64,000 nt of DNA from Candidatus Latescibacterota bacterium (GTDB lineage: Bacteria; Latescibacterota; UBA2968; UBA8231), in NCBI GenBank assembly GCA_965204725.1, contig OZ242005.1, forward strand, positions 1,280,001 through 1,344,000. Direction: 5' to 3'. The translations under genes were made by a program, and so were the position numbers. The notes beneath the pieces were generated by a model. That model was not told where the DNA came from. It worked only from the letters and a program-made list of their open reading frames with translations, and searched no databases. Within the stretch, counting starts at the first letter, position 1. The number at the start of each line of letters is the position of its first letter. This document shows, piece after piece, positions 37,077 to 46,346 of the stretch.

Positions 37077-38729
37077 ATGACGCGGAAGAAAATTCTCGTC
37101 CTGCTGGCGTTTTTCGCCTGTGTTAGTGTTGTGTATGCCTTTGCCGAGCGGCAGGCGCGGACGAGGCAGGCGACGCAGACCGAGCGGCGTATCGACTGGG
37201 ATGCGGTGGTTGACGACCCAGCCGAGCGGCTCGAAATCTCTTGGATGAGCATCCCGCGCTTTCCCACCGCGCGCGAGGGCACCTATAGCGAAAAGCGGCT
37301 CGAAGCGCGGTTCAACGTTGAACTCAAGCCGCTGTTTATCAGTCATTTTGCCTATATGCGGCGTCGGCCGCTGGTTTTTGCCGGCGGCAATGTGCCCGAT
37401 TTGTTCTACGCTGGCGATCCGGTCGTGGTGCAAAAGGACGCCCACCACGGCTATGCGCTGCCCATTCCCTACGAGGTCATCCAAAAACACGCGCCCAACT
37501 ACGTGCGCTATCTCAACCAATACGCGCCTTGGGCTTGGCTCTACGCCTACTGGAAGGGGGCCAACTACGGCATCCCCACGTGGGGCAGTAGTCTCGGTTA
37601 TCCCGTGCCGGGGATCTGGCGGATGGACTGGCTCCGCAACGTCGGCATCGACGAGGTGCCGGAGACCCTCGACGAGATGTACGCGGCGCTGTGGAAGTTT
37701 CGCCATGAAGACCCGGATGGCAATGGCATACAGGACACCTACGGCATGTGCCCCAACGCGCAGGCTTGGTTCAACGTCTTTGGCGAGGTCTTCGGGGCCT
37801 ACGGGATCGTGCCGCACGGCTGGATGCTACGCGACGGCGAGGTGGTGTGGGGCGGGACTCGCCCCGAGGTCAAAGAAATCCTACGCCTTTTGCGCCGGTG
37901 GTACGCCGACGGGCTGATTGACCCCGACTTTGCGATCGGCCAAATCAAGAGCAGCCCGATACCCTATCAGAAATTCGTCAGCGGCAAGACGGGTTATCTG
38001 TTCGGCCAAGGCAGCTATAACAGCTTTGACCAGTACAATAAGGCGTCGTTGGTATCGGTCATTGCCGAGTTGCAGCCGGGGGCCGAGGTGGTGGCTGGGC
38101 CGTTCCCGGCCGGTCCGCAAGGCATCCGCGGGGGGCGGGTGTGGAGCGCGGCCGCCCACGTTTTCGTCTTTGGCAAGCAGGTGGCGGCCGCGCCTGAGAA
38201 GGTCGTGCGGATGCTCAAAATTTTCGAGGCACTCGCTGTTGAGGAGAAGCTCTTTGTGGAGGTGCGGATGGGCCAGCGGGGCGTGCATTGGGAGTTCGAT
38301 GCCGAGCGCGGCCTGTACCATCTGCCGCCCTACGACGACCGCAACGTCGCCAACAAGCATCTGACCGTGTTGAACGTCGATGGTCCGGGCGGCTTTTTCG
38401 CGCCCTGCGGGGTCCGGCCCGCCATTGCCGATAAGTACCTGCCGACAGCCATGCTGCAACACCGCGACCGCTATCAGCGCACGGAGTGGGCGCAAGCCGG
38501 CCTGTTCGGCAAGCCGGACGTGGTGCCTTCGTCGATCAAGCACTTGCGCGATCTACGCAATTTGCAGATGACCGCGTACGCCGAGATCGTGCGCGGCGAG
38601 CGCCCCCTCGACTATTTCGACGATTTTGTGGCCGAATGGATGGAACGGGGTGGGGCGGAGATGACCCGAGAGGCGCGGGAAATCTACGAGGTGCGGGCGG
38701 AGATTTACAAAAGGGTCGGGGTTGAGTAG
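37077..38729 (+). CDS. Carbohydrate ABC transporter solute-binding protein (LplA/aldouronate type)
   Basis: RMDWLRNVGIDEVPETLDEMYAALWKFRHEDPDGNG..DTYG; WYADGLIDPDF; FDDFVAEWMERGG. Confidence 0.85.
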   Translation: MTRKKILVLLAFFACVSVVYAFAERQARTRQATQTERRIDWDAVVDDPAERLEISWMSIPRFPTAREGTYSEKRLEARFNVELKPLFISHFAYMRRRPLVFAGGNVPDLFYAGDPVVVQKDAHHGYALPIPYEVIQKHAPNYVRYLNQYAPWAWLYAYWKGANYGIPTWGSSLGYPVPGIWRMDWLRNVGIDEVPETLDEMYAALWKFRHEDPDGNGIQDTYGMCPNAQAWFNVFGEVFGAYGIVPHGWMLRDGEVVWGGTRPEVKEILRLLRRWYADGLIDPDFAIGQIKSSPIPYQKFVSGKTGYLFGQGSYNSFDQYNKASLVSVIAELQPGAEVVAGPFPAGPQGIRGGRVWSAAAHVFVFGKQVAAAPEKVVRMLKIFEALAVEEKLFVEVRMGQRGVHWEFDAERGLYHLPPYDDRNVANKHLTVLNVDGPGGFFAPCGVRPAIADKYLPTAMLQHRDRYQRTEWAQAGLFGKPDVVPSSIKHLRDLRNLQMTAYAEIVRGERPLDYFDDFVAEWMERGGAEMTREAREIYEVRAEIYKRVGVE

Positions 38730-38776
38730 GGACGCCCCTTTAAGTTCTTCGAGGACTGATATGCAGTCCTACATCC

Positions 38777-38810
38777 TTCAAGACTGGATTCCCGCTTTCG
38801 CGGGAATGAC
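38777..38810 (-). repeat. GTCATTCCCGCGAAAGCGGGAATCCAG-type palindromic repeat, copy 1
   Basis: Reverse complement GTCATTCCCGCGAAAGCGGGAATCCAGTCTTGAA; related copy at 40893. Confidence 0.8.
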
Positions 38811-38867
38811 CCCTAGCGTCGTCAGGCAAGACGAGCCAAAAGCAACATGAGTTTTAAGAATGCTTCT

Positions 38868-38915
38868 AAGGATCGAGGGCGGGACGCCCTCGATCCTGGA
38901 TTCAGCCGCAACGCC
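38868..38915. repeat. REP-like palindrome, copy 2
   Basis: AAGGATCGAGGGCGGGACGCCCTCGATCCTGGATTCAGCCGCAAC. Confidence 0.75.
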
Positions 38916-38941
38916 AGAAAATGCGTACTGAGGAGACCGAT

Positions 38942-40381
38942 ATGAATGTACTACACATCCTCTCCGATCAGCACCAAGCGGCCTGCATGGGCTGCGAAGG
39001 CCACGTGCAGGCGCAGACGCCCAACTTGGATCGGCTGGCCAGCGAGGGGACGCGCTTTGCGGTTGCGTACACCCAGAACCCAATTTGTACGCCCAGCCGC
39101 ATGAGCATCTATACCGGGCAGTACTGCCACAATCACGGTTTCTTCGGTTTGGGCGGGCCGTGCCCGGAGGGGATGCAGAGTTTTCTCGGCCATTTTAGGC
39201 GGCACGGGTACAAGACAGCGGTAATCGGCAAGACCCACGTGCCCAACCAGCCGCGCGATTGGCTGTTGGACCACGTTGACTGCTGGATGTCTGCCACCTC
39301 GACGCCAGTGCCGGCCGCAGGCGGTCTGTCGCCGTATCAAACGTTTCTGGCCGGTGCCGGTCTGTTGGAGCAAAACGACAACTTCCGCATCACCGGCTAC
39401 CCCGCCCTCCATCCCGTTGGTCTGCCTCAGAACCAGTTCCGCGCCCGGCCGTCGGACCTGCCGCTGGAGTTCAATGTCGAGAGTTGGTGCGTGGACCGGG
39501 CGCTTGAATTTATGGAGGGGTGCGCGGGCGACCCCTTCTGTATGCAGGTCTCGTTGCCGCGCCCACACGCGCCCTATACGCCGGATCAGAAGTTCTGGGA
39601 TATGTATGCGGCCGACCTCGCGTTGCCGGAGACCTATTACCAAGATCCATCGGGACGCCCGCCGCATTTCCGCGACATGCATGCGCGGTTTCAGCGGGCT
39701 TGGGCGGAGGAGGCGTGGTCGCCGGAGGAAGGGGCGCGCAATATATGGCGCGGCTATCTGGGCTGCGTGACGCAGGTTGACTACTGCATTGGCCGCCTGT
39801 TGGACTATCTCGACGAGCGCGGCTTGGCCGAAGATACGATAGTCGTCTATAACTCCGACCACGGCGCGTACAGCACGGCTTTTGGCATTCAGGAAAAGGC
39901 TCCCGGGATATGCTCGGAGGCCGTGTGTCGGGTGCCGATGCTCTGGCGGGTGCCGGGCGTTGCGGCTGGGGGTCGGGTTTGCGACGCGCTGGTGGAAAAC
40001 GTCGATTTGGCCCCGACGTTTATGAACCTCTGCGGGTTGCCGGCCATGGCGGGCATGGACGGGGCGGATATTAGCGAGTTGTTGCGGGGCGGAACCGATC
40101 CCGTACATGAGGTGGCCGTAACCGAGCATCGGCACAGCAAGGCGTTGCGCTGGGGGACGTGGCGTTACGTGCATTATCAACCGGAGGATTTCGGGGCCGA
40201 TTGCGGCGAGCTCTACGACTTGGAGGCCGATCCGCACGAGGCCCGCAATTTGTACGGCGAGCAGGCGTACCAAGCGGTCGTCGAGCAGTGCGAAAAACTC
40301 CTGTGCCACTGGCTGATTTCGACGCGGCAGCATCGCACGGCGTTTTTGGTGGGGGCGTGGAATGAGACGAATTACGCCTGA
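38942..40381 (+). CDS. Sulfatase (Cys-type)
   Basis: MNVLHILSDQH, CTPSR, GKTH, SDHG, ELYDLEADPHE; RBS GAGGAG. Confidence 0.92.
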   Translation: MNVLHILSDQHQAACMGCEGHVQAQTPNLDRLASEGTRFAVAYTQNPICTPSRMSIYTGQYCHNHGFFGLGGPCPEGMQSFLGHFRRHGYKTAVIGKTHVPNQPRDWLLDHVDCWMSATSTPVPAAGGLSPYQTFLAGAGLLEQNDNFRITGYPALHPVGLPQNQFRARPSDLPLEFNVESWCVDRALEFMEGCAGDPFCMQVSLPRPHAPYTPDQKFWDMYAADLALPETYYQDPSGRPPHFRDMHARFQRAWAEEAWSPEEGARNIWRGYLGCVTQVDYCIGRLLDYLDERGLAEDTIVVYNSDHGAYSTAFGIQEKAPGICSEAVCRVPMLWRVPGVAAGGRVCDALVENVDLAPTFMNLCGLPAMAGMDGADISELLRGGTDPVHEVAVTEHRHSKALRWGTWRYVHYQPEDFGADCGELYDLEADPHEARNLYGEQAYQAVVEQCEKLLCHWLISTRQHRTAFLVGAWNETNYA

Positions 40382-40390
40382 GAGGGTCTC

Positions 40391-40840
40391 GTGAACTCGA
40401 ACCCGCCAAAACACATCGTCGCGGCTGGAATGCTCGTGGAACGGGGAGCCGAGGTGCTGCTAGTTAGGACAGAACGGCGGGGATGGGAGTTTCCGGGCGG
40501 CCAAATCGAAGAAGGGGAGTCCGTCCTCGATGGGGTCATCCGCGAAGTCAGAGAAGAGGCCAACGTCGTGGCTTCGGTTGATCAACTAGTCGGCGTGTAC
40601 AGCAATCTCAGCAATCACCGAGTGATATTCGATTTCCTTGGTTCTTGGCTGTCTGGGGACGCTCGGATAGGAGCAGAGACGTGCGATGTGGCATGGGTTC
40701 AAAAGGCAGAGGCCGGTAAGATGATAGTGCATCCTATTTACAGCCAGAGACTGAAGCAACTTTTGTCTTATGATGGACGAGTTTTGTTTCAGTCGTACGC
40801 GACATCCCCCTTCGCGATACGTGCTCAGAAGTTTGTATAG
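40391..40840 (+). CDS. NUDIX hydrolase
   Basis: Nudix box PGGQIEEGESVLDGVIREVREEA. Confidence 0.92.
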   Translation: MNSNPPKHIVAAGMLVERGAEVLLVRTERRGWEFPGGQIEEGESVLDGVIREVREEANVVASVDQLVGVYSNLSNHRVIFDFLGSWLSGDARIGAETCDVAWVQKAEAGKMIVHPIYSQRLKQLLSYDGRVLFQSYATSPFAIRAQKFV

Positions 40841-40892
40841 CCGTCCTAAAGAACTTGAAGGCATGAAATGTTGATCGGCACACCTCTGAGGC

Positions 40893-40953
40893 GTCATTCC
40901 CGCGCAAGAACGTCACCCCGTGCCCCGACACGGGGCGAGAATCCAGTCTTGAA
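40893..40953 (+). repeat. Palindromic repeat copy 2 with a nested second hairpin
   Basis: GTCATTCCCGCGCAA[GAACGTCACCCCGTGCCCCGACACGGG]GCGAGAATCCAGTCTTGAA. Confidence 0.75.
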
Positions 40954-40983
40954 TGATATGGGATTGCTATAACAGGCTCTACT

Positions 40984-41208
40984 CTACGCTCTTTCTGCCA
41001 ATTTCTTCGGTCGGGTCTCAAACTGAAAATCCATCAAGTTGACCGGATAAGGCCGTTTAGAGAGATACAGAATTTCAATGCCGATCACCTGATCGGCAGC
41101 CCCATAGTCAAGGATGACGCCGGGAGCGACTTCCTCGGAGTCTATGGTCGGTCCATCGCTCAGGCGTAGGTGCAGCGCATCGGCCTCTTCGTCGATCTTT
41201 AATTTCAT
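40984..41208 (-). CDS. DUF2283 domain protein (putative antitoxin)
   Basis: MKLKIDEEADALHLRL...DSEEVAPGVILDY...VIGIEIL. Confidence 0.88.
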   Translation of the reverse strand: MKLKIDEEADALHLRLSDGPTIDSEEVAPGVILDYGAADQVIGIEILYLSKRPYPVNLMDFQFETRPKKLAERA

Positions 41209-41237
41209 AATCGGCTCCTCATTGCGCGATCAAAAAC
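41205..41237 (-). pseudogene. C-terminal relic of DUF4258-like partner/toxin
   Basis: VFDRAMRSRL* with ATGA overlap into DUF2283; an in-frame stop lies 8 codons upstream. Resembles the VFFDRxM(K/R)xxL tail of DUF4258 partners. Confidence 0.55.
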
Positions 41238-41353
41238 CTCCTCTGGCCCTCGGCATGTTCAGGGTGCTTCTTAAATAGGAGATGGTTCGCTTGCGCTCCA
41301 CAGGACAAGGTAAATGCTAATCGCGGAAAAAGACAATAGCTGAGGAGGACACT

Positions 41354-43171
41354 ATGTACGAGCAATTAGTGGTACACTACGAAGGGCAGACGGAATTCGT
41401 CGCCACGGACCAGCAGCGCACACCCTTGCGGCTGTTCGTCACTTGTCCGGCGGGCTTGGAAGCAGGTGCCGATGTGCGCGTTTCGATCAGCACGTTTCAT
41501 TCTTATTCCCGCAAGTGGACGCTTGCCGATCCTTTTGTCGAGGTCGGCGAGGGCGTGGTGGTGATTGGGCACGGGCTGCCCCGCGACTGGACCGATATGA
41601 CGCGAGGCGGCGATGGCCCGGCCGGCGGCGGGTTGGTGGGAAGGCCGATCAACGAGCTCTACTTGTGTACCATCCAAGTCACTAAGTCGCTGAGCGCGGG
41701 GGCGCGGCTGGTCTTTCCCTTCGGCGTAGTGCCGTCGCCACACGCGGATATAAGCGGCGTCCTGCAAGTGCGGGTGCGGCGGCCCGAGGCTGAGGTTTTC
41801 GACAGGGTGGGCGATCCCATTCCGCTAAGTAATGCCCCCGGCCTGCTGACGCGGCTCGAAGGAAGGATTTCCGCTACGGCGGATGCGGAGGGAAAGCACC
41901 GGGTCGTAGTTTTCGCGACGGATGATCATCTCAATCCAATACCCTCCTACCGAGGGACGGTGGCGGTACAGGCCGACGGTGCGGTCGCCGGGCTGCCCGA
42001 TGAGGTGGCAATCGGTGCCGACGGGCGCGGCGTGGTCGAAGGCGTTGCCGTGCAGAGCGACGGTCCGGTCCGCATCACTGTGCGCGATGTAGCGTGTGGT
42101 TTAGCCGCTCAGAGCGGCCCGACGCAAGCGGTCGGCGAGCGCGGCCACTACTTCGGCGGCATCCATTTCCACACGCGGCTTTCGGTAGATGGCGACCGGG
42201 AGCCGTGCGCCGCTTATGCCTATGCCCGCGATGTGCTCAACCTCGACGTGGTCGCGATGACAGACCACGCGCCGATTGGCCCCGGATGGACCGAATGCTT
42301 GGCGGTCAACGAGGAATTTTACGAGCCGGGCCGCTTTGTGACGATCCCCGCGTGGGAAAGCTCCAATGCCTACGGGCACGCCAACCTCTATCTGCGCACG
42401 CCGGAAGTTGATGGCGGCACTTGGCACTGGAAGCCTGAGCGTTGTCCCTCGGAAGTGGTTTGGGCCGAGGACGTGGTCATGGTGCCGCACCATCCCAACT
42501 GCGGCCAGCCCATCGAATACGGCCAGCACCGCGCGGTCATGGGCAAGACGTTTTACTGGTCGCAATACCACTGGGAGTTTCCCAACAAGCGCGCTCGGTT
42601 GGTGGAAATCGTCCAAGGGCGGGGCAATTTTGAAGCCGACGCGCTTGACGAGTACTGGGGCATTCGCATGGGCGGGTTGGGTGCTGCGGTGCAGGATGCC
42701 TTCGCCCGCGGCTGGCGCTTGGGTTTTGTCGCCGGGACCGACAACCACCAAGGGCACCCAACGCAAAATTCGAGCGGCTACGTGGGGATGACCTGTTTCC
42801 GGGCGACGGAATTGACCCGCGAGGCCGTGTGGCAGGCGATGGACGAGCGTCGGACCTACGCGACTTCGGGCGTACCCATCGTCTGCGACTACGCGGTCAA
42901 CGGCCTGCGCTCGGGCGCGGAGGGCGCGTGGGCCGAGGGCGAGCGCGTGCATTTCTCGGCCAGCCTGCACGGCACCGCGCCGATTGAGCGGGTGGAGATC
43001 ATAGCAAACGGGCAGTGCGTCTGGCAGGACGCGCCCAACGCTTGGGACGTGGAAATCGACGGAGCCGAGTTGCCCGCGCCGACCAGCGAATGGGCCTATT
43101 ACTACCTGCGGCTGCGGCAACAGGATGGGCACCGAGCGTGGTTGAGTCCGGTGTGGTTGGAGAGGGCATGA
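41354..43171 (+). CDS. DUF3604/CehA-McbA-like PHP-fold metallohydrolase
   Basis: GIHFHT, MTDH, PAWE, PHHP, VAGTDNH, ERRTYATSG, YYYLRLRQ.DG..AWLSPVW. Confidence 0.82.
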   Translation: MYEQLVVHYEGQTEFVATDQQRTPLRLFVTCPAGLEAGADVRVSISTFHSYSRKWTLADPFVEVGEGVVVIGHGLPRDWTDMTRGGDGPAGGGLVGRPINELYLCTIQVTKSLSAGARLVFPFGVVPSPHADISGVLQVRVRRPEAEVFDRVGDPIPLSNAPGLLTRLEGRISATADAEGKHRVVVFATDDHLNPIPSYRGTVAVQADGAVAGLPDEVAIGADGRGVVEGVAVQSDGPVRITVRDVACGLAAQSGPTQAVGERGHYFGGIHFHTRLSVDGDREPCAAYAYARDVLNLDVVAMTDHAPIGPGWTECLAVNEEFYEPGRFVTIPAWESSNAYGHANLYLRTPEVDGGTWHWKPERCPSEVVWAEDVVMVPHHPNCGQPIEYGQHRAVMGKTFYWSQYHWEFPNKRARLVEIVQGRGNFEADALDEYWGIRMGGLGAAVQDAFARGWRLGFVAGTDNHQGHPTQNSSGYVGMTCFRATELTREAVWQAMDERRTYATSGVPIVCDYAVNGLRSGAEGAWAEGERVHFSASLHGTAPIERVEIIANGQCVWQDAPNAWDVEIDGAELPAPTSEWAYYYLRLRQQDGHRAWLSPVWLERA

Positions 43172-43362
43172 ACGGAACGAGACGGGCCGATATAGCGCGC
43201 GGGAGCCGCGTTGCCATCGTGCAGAAGCAAGACCAGCGCACCGGGCGGCTGACCGAGGGCGTCGTGCAGGCCATCCTGACCCGGTCGGCCACGCATCCGC
43301 ACGGGATTAAGGTGCGCTTGGCGACCGGCGAAGTGGGCCGGGTCAAGCGGGTGGGCGGCTAG
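43168..43362 (+). CDS. YwbE family protein (DUF2196)
   Basis: VQKQDQRTGRLTEGVV..ILTRSATHPHGIKVRL..GEVGRV. Confidence 0.9.
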   Translation: MNGTRRADIARGSRVAIVQKQDQRTGRLTEGVVQAILTRSATHPHGIKVRLATGEVGRVKRVGG

Positions 43363-45254
43363 AAGTAGTAGAAAGAGTAAACCAACGACGACCCGCCCAC
43401 GCCGACGCAGGCCCCGACGATAAACCCCAAAAAGAGCGGCCGCACTTTCCGATAGAGAATGACCCCGCCGTAGCTAATCAGAACCGACTTGACGAGCCAA
43501 GCGAGGAACATTCCAAACCAGTCGCCGCGCACGGTATTGGTCAGGGCCACGGCCAGCCCCACCGGGTGCAGGGGCCAGCCGGCTAGGCGATGCTGGGCAA
43601 AGGAAAGCAGCCCGGCGAGGCCCGCGCCGATGCCGGTGAACAGGGTGGTCAGGTGTTGGGGCGGGTGCGGGTTGTTGACCGTTTTGGCGACCCAGCCCCA
43701 CTTGCTCAGGGGCGAGGCAATGTAGTACCAGCGGAAGCCGTGCATCATGCCGTGCTGATAGCCCAGCCATATATAGACCGCAACCGTGGTGACCGCGCTG
43801 ACGACGAGGGCCGAGGCGAGGAAAAACAGCAGCTTGCGGGCGCTGATCTTTTCCTTGACCTCCTCGCAGACCTTAAAGGCATGGGCCATCGTGCCCATGA
43901 AGAACAGTTGCACGTCGGCGGCCCACACCATGTTGAGCCCCATCGCCGTAAGCCCCTTCGCGCCGAAATAGGCCGTGCCGAACACATTGGTAAAAAGCGG
44001 CGGGATCGAATGCGGGGCGCGCAGCCGCCCCAAGCCGGTTTGCACCAGCAAGCGCGCCGTGCCCAAAAAGACCAACAGCGCGACCAGCAAAAAGGCCAAG
44101 CTCCAGCCGAGGGCGAGGCCGGTGGCGTGGAGGAAATACGCCATATAGCCCAAGCCGACGACGCCCAGCAGGGCCGAGGTGCGCGGCGAGGGCAGGTGTG
44201 AGTCCAAGCCTTTTGCACCGCGGGCGATGGCGCGCCACTGGTCTTTGAGGAAATCGCGCGACACCCACAGCGACGAGACGATCAGGAAGAGGAGCGCCCC
44301 CATTTGCTGGTGCGACATCAGCACTGAGACCTGCTGGTGCGGCTGGGCCGGGAGGTTGACGGCCACGCCGAAAAAGCCCAACAGGCCGTGTTCGAGATAG
44401 ACGAGCAGGTGAAAGAGCCAGACGCTCAAGAGCACGTGCAGGTTGAGCAGATAGCCGAGGCCGACGACGAGGAAGTTGACGTTGAGCGAGTACGAAATGC
44501 CGAGGCGACGCCAAAAGATGCGCGTGGAGGGGATGCCGAAGTTGTGAATGGCCTCAAAGTCGAACACTTGGTCGAGCATGTTGACGGTTGGGATGAGCGC
44601 GGCGATGAAAAACCCGGCCCAGAACAGGGGATTCTTAAAGAGGCTTTGGCTTGGGTTTGCCACGCTTTCGACCAGTGCGGTCGGCACGACGGCCAAGGGA
44701 TAGACCAAACGCTCGCCGTGCGCCCACTGGTGGTGCAGCAGGGCGACGAGCGAGAAGCTGACCAAGAAGAAGGCGACCATGAAGAGGCCCCAGAACACAC
44801 AAGGGCCGAGCCAAGCCTCCCACGGCAGCGACGCCCCGGCTGGAGCACCCTCGAACAGGTTGCGAATCATCGTCAGGTCGCGTGGGGCGGCCCAGTCGGG
44901 GATGTGGTCCCAGAGCAGTTCGCGCCAGTTGTTTTCCGGGGTGGCGTAGTAGAACACGCCGGCGAGCAGGGGGATAAAATAGCCGCCAAACCCCATGGTC
45001 GGCAGGACGGTGGCGACCATCAGCGCGGCGTAGATGAGGGCAAAGGTCGAAGTCGGCAGCCGCAGGAAGGGGCGTATCAGCGCGAGCAGCAAGGCGGTCA
45101 GCGCGACCCAGAACAGGGCGAAGAGGACGCCGACCGTGTTGAAGTGGTCGGCGTAGCCCGAGTAGTGGTCGAGCAATAGATAGCTGCGGACCCCAATGAA
45201 GTTGTGGCCGACGCACAGCGCCATGGCCAGCGTCCATTCGATGGCCGAGCGCAT
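43359..45254 (-). CDS. DUF6785/DUF6784 polytopic membrane protein (putative transporter)
   Basis: YYATPENNW, QWAHGERLVYPL..VP, WPLHPVG, AWLVKSVLISYGGVILYRKVRPLFLG. Confidence 0.8.
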   Translation of the reverse strand: MRSAIEWTLAMALCVGHNFIGVRSYLLLDHYSGYADHFNTVGVLFALFWVALTALLLALIRPFLRLPTSTFALIYAALMVATVLPTMGFGGYFIPLLAGVFYYATPENNWRELLWDHIPDWAAPRDLTMIRNLFEGAPAGASLPWEAWLGPCVFWGLFMVAFFLVSFSLVALLHHQWAHGERLVYPLAVVPTALVESVANPSQSLFKNPLFWAGFFIAALIPTVNMLDQVFDFEAIHNFGIPSTRIFWRRLGISYSLNVNFLVVGLGYLLNLHVLLSVWLFHLLVYLEHGLLGFFGVAVNLPAQPHQQVSVLMSHQQMGALLFLIVSSLWVSRDFLKDQWRAIARGAKGLDSHLPSPRTSALLGVVGLGYMAYFLHATGLALGWSLAFLLVALLVFLGTARLLVQTGLGRLRAPHSIPPLFTNVFGTAYFGAKGLTAMGLNMVWAADVQLFFMGTMAHAFKVCEEVKEKISARKLLFFLASALVVSAVTTVAVYIWLGYQHGMMHGFRWYYIASPLSKWGWVAKTVNNPHPPQHLTTLFTGIGAGLAGLLSFAQHRLAGWPLHPVGLAVALTNTVRGDWFGMFLAWLVKSVLISYGGVILYRKVRPLFLGFIVGACVGVGGSSLVYSFYYF

Positions 45255-45313
45255 CACTTTTTGAGCCGCGCCTCCATGGCGAGGAGCACGGCGAAGGAGG
45301 TAGCAAGGAGCAT
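45254..45313 (-). CDS. Putative 19-aa upstream peptide MLLATSFAVLLAMEARLKK
   Basis: RBS GAGGA 9 nt before the ATG; TGATG overlap with the DUF6785 start. Confidence 0.35.
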   Translation of the reverse strand: MLLATSFAVLLAMEARLKK

Positions 45314-45440
45314 GGATTGGAGTCCTCAAGCGGTCCGGCCCTTGACGAAGCGGCGCGGCATGGCAAGATAGAGTACCGCGCTGGGCCGCGACAAGACCGC
45401 GATCGCGGCATGATGGTAGTAAACGATCAATGAGGATCCC

Positions 45441-46346
45441 ATGAGCGAAGTACTGACCCAGTACCGCCGGCACAAAGGGCTGTTGCTGCTAGTGACGCCG
45501 GGGCTGGCCTTTTTCCTCGTCTTTCACTACCTGCCCATGTTCGGGCTGGTGCTCGCCTTTAAGGAGTTTCGCCTGAGCGCGGGCATCTTGGGCAGCGAGT
45601 GGAGCGGGTTGGAGAATTTTTCTCGTCTCTTCGGCGGGGCGGACTTTCCCAATGCCCTGCGCAACACGGTCGTCATCAGTTTCCTGCGCTTGCTCTTTGG
45701 CTTTTTCGCGCCGATCGCGCTGGCGCTGATGCTCAACGAAATCCGCGTCTCTTGGTACAAGCGCACCGTGCAAACGGTGACCTACATCCCCTACTTCCTC
45801 TCGTGGGTCATCTTGGGCGGCATCTTCCTGATGATTTTCTCGCAGAGTGGGCCGGTCAACCAGATCGCCCAACTCTTCGGGGTCTCGGCCATTGAGTTCC
45901 TCACCGACGACTTTTGGTTTATCACAGTGGTCATCGCCACGGGGATATGGCAGGCGGCCGGGTACGGGGCGGTGATTTACTTGGCCGCGCTGGCCGGGAT
46001 TTCGCCCGACCTGTACGAGGCGGCCGTCGTCGATGGGGCCGGGCGCTGGAAGCAGACGATGCACATCACCATTCCGGGGCTGGTGCCGACGATTATCACG
46101 CTTTTTATCCTCAATCTCGGCCACGTGCTCAACGCGGGCTTCGACCAGATCTACAATATGTACAATCCCATGGTGTACGACGCGGCCGACATTATCGACA
46201 CGTACGTCCTGCGGCGGATCGTGCTCATGGACTTCGGGCTGGCCACCGGGGCCGGGCTTTTCAAGTCCGTAGTCGGCTTGTTGATGGTGGTGCTGGCCAA
46301 CTCACTGGCCCGCCGGCTCAGCCGAGGGGAGCAGGGAATATGGTAA
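45441..46346 (+). CDS. Carbohydrate ABC permease (LplB type)
   Basis: YLPMFGLVLAFK, YIPYFLSWV, IYLAALAGISPDLYEAAVVDGAGRWKQ, DIIDTYV. Confidence 0.92.
   Translation: MSEVLTQYRRHKGLLLLVTPGLAFFLVFHYLPMFGLVLAFKEFRLSAGILGSEWSGLENFSRLFGGADFPNALRNTVVISFLRLLFGFFAPIALALMLNEIRVSWYKRTVQTVTYIPYFLSWVILGGIFLMIFSQSGPVNQIAQLFGVSAIEFLTDDFWFITVVIATGIWQAAGYGAVIYLAALAGISPDLYEAAVVDGAGRWKQTMHITIPGLVPTIITLFILNLGHVLNAGFDQIYNMYNPMVYDAADIIDTYVLRRIVLMDFGLATGAGLFKSVVGLLMVVLANSLARRLSRGEQGIW

Noticed and set aside
38951-40414. 487-aa minus-strand ORF
   Set aside because: Mirrors the sulfatase on the opposite strand, has no recognisable motifs, and is an expected high-GC shadow ORF.
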